From the NCBI GenBank assembly GCA_964016885.1, contig OZ024743.1, positions 367,226,001 through 367,290,000 on the forward strand: a DNA stretch of 64,000 bases, given 5' to 3'. The notes under the pieces were generated by a model. That model was given only the letters and a program-made list of their open reading frames with translations, did no database searches and had not been told where the DNA came from. This DNA is from Eledone cirrhosa (Eukaryota). Numbering within the stretch: position 1 is the stretch's first letter; every line of letters starts with the position of its first letter. Below are positions 38,970 to 49,912 of the stretch, in pieces. Made by a program: the position numbers and the translations under genes.

Positions 38970-40579
38970 CCATTTTCTTAGAATGAATTTTGCTCTGTGT
39001 GGACAGTGACTGAAGCAGTCATGGCGTGTATTTAAACAGAGTTTCTCTGAAGCCAGTTGTGAGAGTATATTCCACTTTTCTGAGTTACATAGCCGTTAAA
39101 ATTTCCTCCCATTAATTAACATAGGGGGTAAAAGTTTCTAATATACTTCATTTAATGGAAACAGGTGTGCCATTATTTTTAAGGCTCCATACATGGTTTG
39201 CAAGCTGGGTGGCATGTTTTTTGTCAGGATGTCTGAAGGTTGCTTCATGTTTTAGGTACCAGCTTTTGAACTGGCTTTCGAACATTCTGACATAAGTCTA
39301 GGCTTCAGTTTGGTGGTTCTGGTTGGTGGAGGTCACTTCTGCTTGATATATCACTGTTGGAGTATTGTACTGTTGATCTAGTGGGCACGTCTCTGGTCTT
39401 CTGCATGAGCATCCATATAGTGGAGGGCTTTTGCGTTTGCCAGTGATGTGGGTTTTAATGTTATTAGTACACAGGTAGCCTATTTTCACTGAATGGCGAT
39501 TGAATATCTGTCGGTATTTATGGCCAGCAGGGAAGTGCAGATCAAGAAGGGCTAGGAATTTTCTACCTGCATTGGTTTTCATATTTAGTGCAAAGGGTGG
39601 TGTGAACCATGTGACATCTTTATGTCTAGGTTATTTCTTTCTAGATATTGGGCAGCAATCTGGAAAGTAAATGATTCTCTCGGAGAAGCAACTGTTGCTT
39701 AGTGCTGAGTTGTAGTAGGGTGCTGCCCTATCAAAGATGGCTTTGCTAGAAGAGAGGTTGGATACCCTCTAACCAATGTTATTGATAAGATTTAAAAAAA
39801 CTATAGAGTTAGCTAGAGTCCTTATGGATGCAACTAAATTTCTCACTGTGTTTGTGGAATGGTCTGTATGTGTGTGTGTGTAGGTCTAAATTAATGTCTA
39901 GGAAGTTAACATTGGTGATGTAGGTGGATACAGTAATTTTTAAGCCTAGGCTGCTGAAGGTAGTGATCAAGTTTTTTTCTAAATGTCAAGGTCATGGCCA
40001 CTTTTATGGCTCGCTAGTGCCAGACCATCATCACAATATAGGCCCATATGGAAGTCAGGGAATTTATTACGTAGTGTGTCTAAGATAAAAAGGCTCACCA
40101 AATCGCATATATCAGTTCTGTCAAATGATCCCATCAGCACATCAAATGGGTCGTTGTTAGTGGATTTCTTTATCCAGGAGTCTACATTTTTAAAGAGGAA
40201 GGATTTTCTGCAGTGGGATATGACGTATTGGTCTAACTCGTCTATATTGGTGAAATTGCTCACAAAGTCAAGGGCCTTATCAAGTAAGGTCCTGGATATT
40301 GAGGGGTAAAAATGAATTATATCAAATTGAGTGAACCTAGCTTTCTTAGTGTGTTTGAGGACACTAAAATGGGGTTAGGACTTGTTAGTAAAGACATACT
40401 TAGAAAAATTAATATAGCCATTAGACAACAGTCCACTCTCAATCAGTGGGATAATAGTCCTCAAACATACTAAGAAAGCTAGGTTCACTCAATTTGATAT
40501 GATTGATTTTTACCCTTCGATATCCAGGGCCTTACTTGATAAGGCCCTTGATTTCGCTAGTAATTTCAACAATATAGAC
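38970..40579 (-). mobile_element. Decayed Penelope-like element, Naiad type (RT plus GIY-YIG), with inverted 5' segment
   Basis: FDVLMGSFD..ICDLV.L.IL, GLYCDDGL, KTNAGRKFL.LLD.HFP..H..IFNR..VK, CSCRRPETC (CxCx5C), VIYQA.V; 40241-40362 is inverted at 40457-40579. Confidence 0.85.
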
Positions 40580-41392
40580 TATGTGTTTGAGACACCTGCT
40601 CTATACCATCATACTAAGAGACAACATAATATTCTCTATACGATCATGTATGTATAGAGCTGTAACTCTTGATTGAGTCATAAGGATGCTGTAGTAACAT
40701 ACAGCATTTCTTGGTCATTTAATAAAACCTGGTGGTGTCCATCTCTTATCCATCATACTGAAAATAAATATATTATCTTCCTTGAAAATAGAAGAAAAAT
40801 GTTCTGTCTGTCTTTTATATTGTTACTACAACAACAACTCCTTTTTGGAGGTTTACAATAACTTTTACTTCTCTGAAATTGCTGACTGCATTCTTCCTTA
40901 ACCTAAACCAACTGAACTTATACAAATTTCTTTTTACTCATTCTCAAAGTCTCATTCATCACAACCTGGAGTATTTGATTAAACAATCCTTCATTTCAAA
41001 AATGGCCTTCCCTGGAAATATAATCACTATATATCATCTTACTTTAGCCACTTCTTTTAAGAGTTCAAAATATACATTAAGCTTCCTTAGTTGTCTCTGA
41101 TTCCAGTTTACTTGGCTACAGGCATTTGGACTAAATCTTATGTAAAAGCCATATATAATATTTCTTGAGCTGACAGAAGCTTGAATAGTGTCAACTAGTG
41201 TTGAGTTGGGAAGAACAAAATATTCATAACCTCTTACCAGTATTTGAGTGGCAGAGTATGTTATTTGTATTTTAGATCACTTGATAAATGAACATACATA
41301 TAGACAGTAGAGTACATCCATGACATACTAGACTAAAGGGAAATTATAAATGATTACAAAGGTGTGATTGCATATATTTCTATTTATTATAT

Positions 41393-41450
<58 letters not shown>

Positions 41451-41456
41451 CACACA

Positions 41457-42400
41457 AAGGGTGCTCTGAAAGTACAGTAGCCAGAGTCAGAACGGGATGG
41501 AAAAAGTTCAGAGAGCTTATACCACTATTGGCCACAAAAGGTTTCTCTCTAAGAATGAAAGCAGATTGTATGATGCCTGCAAACGAACATTAATGTTACA
41601 TGGCAGTGAGACATGGGCTTTGTGTGTAGAGGAACTGCGCAGACTGGAGAGGAACGAAGTATCCATGCTCGATTGGATGTGTAATAGTAATATATGCGAA
41701 CGGCAAAGCATAAATGAACTAAGTGAGAAATTAGGAATAAGAGGGATCAGATGCTGTTTACTTGAGAGAAGACTACGTTGGGATGGTCATGTGATGCACA
41801 TGAAAGATGACAGTTGTATAAAAAAGTGCAGGGTGATCAAAATTGATGGAAGTTACGGAGTAGGTAGACCCAGAAAAACCTGGGACGATTTGATAAATTC
41901 CGACCTGATATACTTACACATTGTTAAGACAATGTCACTGGACTGAGATCTTTGGTGCTACGCAGTAATACTGAAGACCCACCTTGCCTATGTACAAAGC
42001 GAAACCTACAGTCAGTAGGCACCTCTTACCCAAATATATACCCCATCCCACTACCCCTACTCCACCCCACTCCCACCAACGCCACTCTTTCTCTGTAAAG
42101 TTATGTTGCTACCACAACATCCAGTCCAAAATAAATGAGGTCATGTAGGTGTCACTACAAAAAAACACACAGTCCACGCTGTAATGTGGCCGTGTAGGCA
42201 TCACGGTAAAAACCTCGTCATCCACACTGTAAACGTGGTTGGTGTTAGGAAGGGCATCCAGCCGTAGAAAACCTGCCAGACAGTGCTATACGATTGAGAC
42301 ATGGTTACCCAACCAATCCTGCCTCAAGTACGACAATTCCCGTCTAAACCCATGCTAGCGTGGAAGATAGACGTTAAACAATGATGATGATGATGATGAT
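41457..42400 (+). mobile_element. 5'-truncated RTE LINE (subfamily of 6258)
   Basis: LHGSETWALC..GRPRKTW, 3' UTR, (TGA)n. Confidence 0.95.
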
Positions 42401-42420
42401 ATATATTTATGTATAAAAAA

Positions 42421-43023
42421 ACCCCCAAAATCCTTAGTGTCTGCAGTTCTGTTTGCATGCCAACACAAGAGCAAGAATGAGGGGATCATTCTACTGACAT
42501 GGCTTTAAAAATGGGGTATGTTTGCATAATTACAAACGAATCGAATATTATTATTATTAATATTTGAAAAACTCAGATTACATTTATTGTATTCAGCCAT
42601 GTAGAGCGAAATAAAAAAAAAATTTGAATATGGCAAAGCCGGCCATTGATCGCTCATATACAGGAAACTGACTGGTTAGTCTGCTGATATGCAAATCTGG
42701 CTGATGAGTGGATCTGCTAATATGCAGATCTGACTCCTCAGCCAGTCTGCTAATATGCAAATAAGGCCAATCAGTCACTGTATATTTTAGAAAATATCAT
42801 ATATTTTCACTAGCTCTGACACTTAGCAAGTGAACAGTGAACTGTACTGATGAAGGGTAATACCCAGAAACATTAGTGTCTGAAGTTCTGTTTACATGCC
42901 AACACAAGAGCAAGAATGAGGGACTCATTCTACTGACATGGCTTTAAAAATGAGGCTTGTTTGCATAATTGCAAACGAATCGAATATTATTGTTAATATT
43001 CGAAAAACTCAGATTACATTTAT
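42421..43023 (+). mobile_element. Non-coding HHR element with partial tandem repeat (period ~440 bp)
   Basis: 42421-42587 is repeated at 42861-43023; TA-rich flanks; same family at 48445-48700. Confidence 0.8.
42839..42888 (+). ncRNA. Type I hammerhead motif
   Basis: gaactgta-CTGATGA-a-gggta(a)taccc-a-GAAA-ca(ttag)tg-TC|tgaagttc; GUC triplet. The other repeat copy has tgcagttc, which would give a fully paired stem I. Confidence 0.85.
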
Positions 43024-43069
43024 ATATATATATATATATAGTTATGTAATAAACAACATAAGGCAATTA

Positions 43070-43130
43070 TTTCATTTACCAGTGGTTTCTTAAAAGCAAA
43101 AATATTTTGCTTTCAATCATCAGAATGAAA
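43070..43130 (-). ncRNA. Type I hammerhead ribozyme (mirror copy)
   Basis: Exact reverse complement of 43237-43297. Confidence 0.88.
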
Positions 43131-43236
43131 AAATCCTGGCGTATTTATTGACATTGGATTTTAAAAACAAAAATGCAATCTATATAGATTGCATTTTTGT
43201 TTTTAAAATCCAATGTCAATAAATACGCCAGGATTT

Positions 43237-43297
43237 TTTCATTCTGATGATTGAAAGCAAAATATTTTTGCTTTTAAGAAACCACTGGTAAATGAAA
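43237..43297 (+). ncRNA. Type I hammerhead ribozyme, fully canonical core
   Basis: tttcatt-CTGATGA-ttgaaagcaaaa(tat)ttttgcttttaa-GAAA-cc(act)gg-TA|aatgaaa; predicted cleavage after 43290. Confidence 0.9.
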
Positions 43298-43394
43298 TAA
43301 TTGCCTTATGTTGTTTATTACATAACTATTAAGCTCTGTTACCTACATAGAGCACTCTTTTTTCCTGGACTTTTCCGACGGAATTACTTCATTT

Positions 43395-43427
<33 letters not shown>

Positions 43428-43434
<7 letters not shown>

Positions 43435-43872
43435 GAAAGGATTACAAAGGAGAATATATACTGTTAGAACATGTTTATACAAAAGCACCTACGTACGTTT
43501 CTCCCCTTGTTCTGTGACAATAACAGCATGTCTGTTTGAACTAAGAAGAACTTTGATGTGATGATCACCTTAAAACCCCTCCTGGGTCCCGTACCGAATA
43601 CTCTCTTGATTTGTATGCCCTTGAGAAGCCCTTTTCGGGTGAAACGTACGTAGGTGCTTTTGTATAAACATGTTCTAACAGTATATATTCTCCTTTGTAA
43701 TCCTTTCATTTATAACTGCTCTGCTTATATTCTCGCCCACTAAATATTAACGCTTCCGATATTTAACCCTGTAGGCACAAGTATTGAGCCCAAATACGCC
43801 AGCTTATGGCAACTAACTATATGTATCGCTTATCCCTTTAAACCTCTACTCTCTCACGATACTAAAATATTC
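43428..43872 (+). mobile_element. TA-flanked short element with ~73-bp inverted arms (43428-43501 and 43641-43714) and a U3-A8 hammerhead variant at ~43615-43657
   Basis: TTGAGAA-gccc(ttttc)gggt-GAAA-cgtacg-TA|ggtg; the inverted arm ends at the GAAAC. Confidence 0.75.
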
Positions 43873-43897
43873 TATATATATATATATATATATATAT

Positions 43898-44490
43898 CTT
43901 AGTTCTTAGGTTCTTCCACGCCATTCGGCGCATTGAGCAGTAAGTAGTCACCAACGGTCTTGATCAGCAGCGGCTTTTTCGCATCCGTGCCAAGTGATGG
44001 TGGGTGCCATCAGGTCTTTTTGGAATGTTCATCGCCAGGTAATCCTGGGGCAACCCCATCTCCGTTTGCCACCAAGTGGAGTCCAGTTAATCGCTGTTTT
44101 CAAGTGTTGTTTGTTAGACAGGCACAGAACATGGCCAGCCAGGTGGCACCGACGCTCTGTGACCAACCTCTGTAGCATCCACAACTTGGCTCTCCGCAGG
44201 ATTTCCTCGTTTCACACTCAGTCGCACCAGGACACACGAAGGATCATTTGCAGGCACTGCTGGTGGAATGCGTTCAGCCATCTCTCTTTTTTTGTCGTGC
44301 TCTTTCAGGTTTTGCTTGCGTAAAGCACTGTCGATAACATGATGTTCTTGAACAAGCACAGGTTGATCCTGGTGCTGATGCATTAAGACGACCAGACTGG
44401 GCACATCTACTAGAAGACTGCGGCTCCTTTGCCGATCCAACAGTTGATGTCGAGCTCCGCATCACCATAGCTTGCCATTGGTTGACTCTG
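43898..44490 (-). mobile_element. Degraded 3' end of another RTE-clade LINE
   Basis: Manual translation: DINCWIGK..VF..VLYASKT..LNAFHQQCL..ILRVSW..NEEILRRA..LAGHVL..GGKRRWGCPRITW; taagaac-type tail. Confidence 0.82.
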
Positions 44491-44530
44491 ACTGCTGGAC
44501 CTGTGTTGTTCTCATCATATTGGTCTTTTT

Positions 44531-45130
44531 GGTGTAGGTATGTATACATTCACAAATGTGTATATAAACAGGTGTAGGTATGTATACATTCACAAATGTG
44601 TATATAAACAGGTGTAGGTATGTATACATTCACAAATGTGTATATAAACAGGTGTAGGTATGTATACATTCACAAATGTGTATATAAACAGGTGTAGGTA
44701 TGTATACATTCACAAATGTGTATATAAACAGGTGTAGGTATGTATACATTCACAAATATGTATATAAACAGGTGTAGGTATGTATACATTCACAAATATG
44801 TATATAAACAGGTGTAGGTATGTATACATTCACAAATATGTATATAAACAGGTGTAGGTATGTATACATTCACAAATATGTATATAAACAGGTGTAGGTA
44901 TGTATACATTCACAAATATGTATATAAACAGGTGTAGGTATGTATACATTCACAAATGTGTATATAAACAGGTGTAGGTATGTATACATTCACAAATATG
45001 TATATAAACAGGTGTAGGTATGTATACATTCACAAATATGTATATAAACAGGTGTAGGTATGTATACATTCACAAATATGTATATAAACAGGTGTAGGTA
45101 TGTATACATTCATAAATATGTATATAAATA
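44531..45130. repeat. 40-bp minisatellite, 15 near-perfect copies
   Basis: ggtgtaggtatgtatacattcacaaat(g/a)tgtatataaaca x15. Confidence 0.98.
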
Positions 45131-45782
45131 TATTGAGGATATATTGAACAGTAATTCATATCACCTCAAAAGTTACCTTTTTTTTTTTTTTTATCAAATT
45201 ATCAAATAGAACAGGAACAACCAGTTCCACTCGAACAATCTGCCAACAACTTGACCCTACTTTTCACCTTATCCTTCAAATATCAAATATTTTTTGGGAA
45301 ATCCCATTTTTCACCTGCTTCTCTTAAACAACAAGCCATTATAAATGACAGACAATAGGACTGTGTTAACACGCTTGCACTACACCATCTTCTGGCTTCC
45401 ATTCCAAGCTACTATAGTATTTACAATAATCAAATTGATCCATCAAAATTTATCTGTAACAAAGATGATTTGTTGCAAAAGCAAACCATAATAAAGAGAT
45501 AAAATTTCATTTGTTATTGTAGTCATTTCTTTGAGGTTCACTTGTAATGACATGTGTATGAACTCAGGTTTATACAAGAGGAAAACAATTGACAGCTATT
45601 ATATATAATCTAGTATAAATAATTCACACTTATATAAAACAAAAACAGTTAGAAATAAAACAGACATTAAAAATTATATGGATGTAAAATGGTGATGATG
45701 AAAATGATATATATGTATCATCATCATCATCATCATTTCATTTTACGTCTGCTTTTCCCTGCTTGCAAGGGTATATATATAT

Positions 45783-46744
45783 ATAAATGGAAAAAAATGA
45801 AACAAAATTTCATTTCTCACTCTTAGTACGGCTGTTACTTAAATATAAGTATGTATTCGTACATACATATATGTATACAGACGTACAGTAGTATGTATAT
45901 ATATACATACATGCACACATATATATATATACGTATGGATTCACCGAACATTTATTATAATGCTCGGTTTGTTTGCAAACAAACATCCCGAATTAAGCCA
46001 TACAGTGTTTAGAAACCATCGTTGCCCTTTTGTTTAACACTGACAAAGGAACGATGTACTAGTTTCAAGCTTATTAGCTATCGTCACCACCGTATACCTT
46101 CCTGCCAGATGATTGAATGTCTGAAAGTATACTTTCCTTATGCATATTAACGGCTGAGCAGCCTAATTTGCATATCGATTGAGTTAATCGGCCGGGCGCA
46201 CCGAAAAAGATAAATGGAAAAAATGAAACGAAATTTCATTTCTCACTCTTAGTACGGCTGTTACTTAAATATAAGTATGTATTCGTTCATACATATATGT
46301 ATACAGACGTACAGTAGTATGTATATATATATACATACATGCACACATATATATATGTACGTATGGATTCACCGAACATTTATTATAATGCTCGGTTTGT
46401 TTGCAAACAAACATCCCGAATTAAGCCATACAGTGTTTAGAAACCATCGTTGCCCTTTTGTTTAACACTGACAAAGGTACGATGTACTAGTTTCAAGCTT
46501 ATTAGCTATCGTCACCACCGTATACCTTCCTGCCAGATGATTGAATGTCTGAAAGTATACTTTCCTTATGCATATTAACGGCTGAGCAGCCTAATTTGCA
46601 TATCGATTGAGTTAATCGGCCGGGCGCACCGAAAAAGATAAATGGAAAAAATGAAACGAAATTTCATTTCTCACTCTTAGTACGGCTGTTACTTAAATAT
46701 AAGTATGTATACGTACATACATATATGTATACAGACGTACAGTA

Positions 46745-46746
<2 letters not shown>
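45783..46746 (-). mobile_element. ~427-bp unit in ~2.25 near-identical tandem copies between (TA)n tracts; each full unit has a hammerhead-like motif (46051-46093, 46479-46521)
   Basis: Units start at 45783, 46210 and 46638; minus strand reads acggtg-GTGACGA-t-agct(aata)agct-t-GAAA-ctag-TA|catcgt. Confidence 0.8.
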
Positions 46747-46821
<75 letters not shown>

Positions 46822-47703
46822 CGAGGTGTGTCAAAAAAGTTCCAGAACTGATGTCACAAAAGATTTATTTCAAACCCAAACTTCACACTAAGTGTTTTCT
46901 CCTTCAAAGTAATCCCCCTGGAGTATGTAACTGTAATCTTAGCTCTCTGCAGCGATCAAACTTTTTTCATCATAATTTTATATACAGGTCGTCAAGCAAT
47001 GAGCACAGAGCAACGAAGAAACTTGAAAACTCCACCAGAAGCACTGGGATTGCTGCAGAAAGTGTATGGAGATAAGACGATGTCACGCTCACGTGTTTTT
47101 GAGTGGTGCAAGAGGTTTAAAGAAGGATGCAAGGACGTGGAAGATGACCTCAGGAGCGGAAGGCTCTCAACAACCGGGACTGAGGTCAACGTTGAGCGCG
47201 TCAGGAAGATGGTGCGTAACGATTGTTGGCTGACTGTTTGACTGATGGCAAATGAACTGGGCATGAATCGAAACAGCATCTGGAAGATTCTCACTGAAAA
47301 TTTGGACATGTGTAAAGTCTGCGCGAAGATGGTGCCAAAACTGCTGAATGATGACCAGAAGGGTCGACGCATGCTAGTGTGCCAGGACATCCTCGAGCGT
47401 CTTGAAACCAAACCATACTTGCTAGGGACAGTCATCACTGGTGATGACTCATGGATCTCCGAGTACGACTCGGAGGGGACCCGTTTTGAAGATGTGGACG
47501 ACATCAAAAGGACCGTGACGACGGAACTGCGGAGGATCCCGGAATAATCCTTCCAGGAGTGCATGCAAGCATGGCAGAAAAGGATGGAAAAGTGCATTAG
47601 ACTCCAGGGGGATTACTTTGAAGGAGAAAACTCTTAGTGTGAAGTTTGGGTTTGAAATAAATCTTTTGGGACATCAGTCCTGGAACTTTTCTGACCCACC
47701 TCA
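46822..47703 (+). mobile_element. Internally deleted mariner transposon with ~100-bp TIRs, inserted in (TA)n
   Basis: TIRs cgaggtgtgtcaaaaaagttcc.. / ..ggaactttttctgacccacctca; HTH region VYGD..MSRSRVFEW..RFKEG, MVPKLL, ITGDDSW; most of the catalytic domain is missing. Confidence 0.95.
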
Positions 47704-47714
47704 TATATATGTAC

Positions 47715-47751
<37 letters not shown>

Positions 47752-47759
47752 TATCGTTT

Positions 47760-48425
47760 CTGAATTTGTTTAGCAAGATTCTTTATCTGAAAACGTGTGT
47801 TGAAACCGATATTGTTATACTTTGGGAGGGTCATGTTGCCAATAAGAAACACATGCACCAGTTGCTTTCACTTCAATTTATTATAATAAATTTATAAATT
47901 TAGGAATTTATAAATTTCCGGTTGGTTGGTTGGTTCCACAACCAGATGGTTATTTATATATTGTCAAAGTTCTTTCGTCACACATTCTGTGACCTCTTCA
48001 GTGACTGGGGATTCTTTTCTTTGTTTTTGTGCCTTTCCTTTGTTCTGTCCTATGCCATCTTGTTTCTGTGTGTGTGTTGTGTGCTCAGTCTGCGCATGTG
48101 CCACATCCGGGTGTCTGTGAGTGTTTATATTTGTTTATTTACATGTTACTGGTTGGTTGTTTGTTCTATGTGTGTATGTGTTTTCATTTTGTCCTTAATT
48201 GTAAGTTGTGATGTTGCTGTTCCACTCATGTTTTCTATTTAATTTTGGTTGGAGTTCTTTTATGTTTATTGCCTCTGTGATTTGTCTAAACATTGTATCT
48301 TTTCTGTGTGTAGATTCTATTTTTATTTCTATGTTCTCTAATTTACCCTTATGTTCTATTTTAGCATGTTGGTAGAGTACAGATGATTCTTTACTATCTT
48401 GAAGGTCTCGCCAGTGTTCATTTAA
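47760..48425 (-). mobile_element. 3' end of a Penelope-like element (GIY-YIG C-terminus plus putative pLTR)
   Basis: Manual translation NEHWRDLQDSKESSVLYQHAKIEH..FRQITEAINIKELQPKLNRKHEWNS fits the PLE pattern EH..S.L..H...H and R.I.EA..I....LN; 3' limit uncertain. Confidence 0.75.
47963..48005 (-). ncRNA. Type I hammerhead motif downstream of a PLE endonuclease remnant
   Basis: gtca-CTGAAGA-g-gtcaca(gaatg)tgtgac-GAAA-gaac-tt|tgac. Confidence 0.75.
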
Positions 48426-48444
48426 ATGATATATATATATATAT

Positions 48445-48700
48445 AAAAGAAAATTTTCACTCTACATGGCTGAATACAATAAATATAATCTGAGTTTTTC
48501 GAATATTAACAATAACATTCGATTCGTTTGCAATTATACAAACAAGCCTCAATTTTATAGCCATGTCAGTAGAACACAAGAGCAAGAATGGAGGGTTCAT
48601 TCTACTGACGTGGCTATAAAATTGAGGCTTGTTTTCATAATTGCAAACGAATCGAATGTTATTATTAATATTCGAAAAACTCAGATTACATTTATTATAT
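48445..48700. mobile_element. Fold-back copy of the 42421 family (arms ~48478-48574 and ~48600-48696)
   Basis: ttctactgac..caaacgaatcgaat..cgaaaaactcagatta is present in both orientations; TA flanks. Confidence 0.88.
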
Positions 48701-48709
48701 ATATATATT

Positions 48710-48865
48710 AGAAAGAGTCAGGGGTCTGATGGCTGAGCTCTTGCCATCTTGACAGCTCAGTCGTCGGGTTCTGACTATTTTTTTATATAGTCACACTTTA
48801 CTATTCCAAGTATCAAGTACTCTGTTGAATAATGGTCTAACTAATTTAATACTGGTTTAATCCTG
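48710..48865. mobile_element. Older fold-back copy related to the 25550-25775 element
   Basis: Hairpin agtcaggggtctgatggctgagc / gctcagtcgtcgggttctgact; downstream sequence resembles the reverse complement of 25560-25650. Confidence 0.55.
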
Positions 48866-48898
48866 ATATATGTATGTATGCATGTATGTAAGTATGTA

Positions 48899-49612
48899 TT
48901 GGGTTGGCCAAAAAGTCCATTTGTTTTTTTCCAAGACTAAACTTTAGACGCTCTCATAATTACTAACTTTACTTTTTTCCTTCTGAGTATGCACTCGTTA
49001 GATACTTGATTCTTTGAAGTAGTTCTTAGTGAAACTCTGACAAGATGTCTTGTATTTTGTGTGTTTCTGTTAACCCTCAAAATGGAGAACTAAAATGAAC
49101 ATTATCAATACATCAAACTTTTTTATTTTAAAAAAGGTAAGAAAGCATCAGAAACTTGCAGAAACATATACAACGTGACAGAGAGGATGCTGTTACAGAA
49201 CATGTATGCTAGAAGTGGCTTTCAAGATTTTGATTGGGAAATTTTTCAATTCAAGATGTGCCTCACTCTGGATGGCCAACTGTGGTTAACAGTGACCAAG
49301 TGAAGGAGTTAGTCGACACCAACTCCCATCTTACAAGCAGGGAGATCACAGATATTCTCCAGATATCCAAATCAAGTGTTGAAAACCATCTGCATATACC
49401 TGGTTACATCAGCAGGGTCAATGTTTGGGTTCCCTATGAACTGAATGAAGCCAACCTCTCCCAATGAATTTTCATCTGTGATTCCTTACTTAAACATGAA
49501 GTAAACGATTCCTTTTTGAAGAAAATGATAACTGGAGATGGAAAATGTATCGTCTATAACAATGTGAAGTGAAAACCATCATGGGGGAAGCACCAAGAAG
49601 CACCACAAACAA
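48899..49612 (+). mobile_element. 3'-truncated mariner relic (mellifera-like)
   Basis: 5' TIR ttgggttggccaaaaagt after TA; FYFKKGKKAS, D.PHSG.P, VWVPYEL, MITGDGK..YNN with stops. Confidence 0.9.
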
Positions 49613-49873
49613 TTAACAGGGAGATTCATATGTTCTGGCATGTTTACATGTATACTCATTAGATATGCGCATATATTTATACACATTGGTGCTGAGTCAG
49701 ACATGTGCATGTATTTATACAGATATAACTTTATTGTATTCTTCGACTTAATTAAGTATCAACTTGAGCACTAATTATATGCAAATTAGTACCTCCATTT
49801 CAGAATGATACTAAGAGCAAATGAATATATAAGCCCATCATATAATGTTGCCTTGCAGTTGTTTGGATGATAT

Positions 49874-49912
49874 ACACATTCTGATGAGGGTTCGAAAATC
49901 GATTAAAGGTGT
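49874..49912 (+). ncRNA. Hammerhead motif with collapsed stem II
   Basis: acacatt-CTGATGA-gggttc-GAAA-atcgat-TA|aaggtgt; palindromic stem III. Confidence 0.6.

Larger units (their letters stand above)
43038..43329. repeat. Perfect spacer-less palindrome, 146-bp arms, centre 43183/43184
   Basis: atagttatgtaataaac..gcaatctat|atagattgc..gtttattacataactat. Confidence 0.97.

Noticed and set aside
44531-45130. CRISPR-like regular array
   Set aside because: Units are contiguous with no unique spacers, there are no cas genes, and the context is eukaryotic.
45170-45410. Possible minus-strand exon
   Set aside because: The frames I examined contain stops and the splice boundaries are ambiguous.
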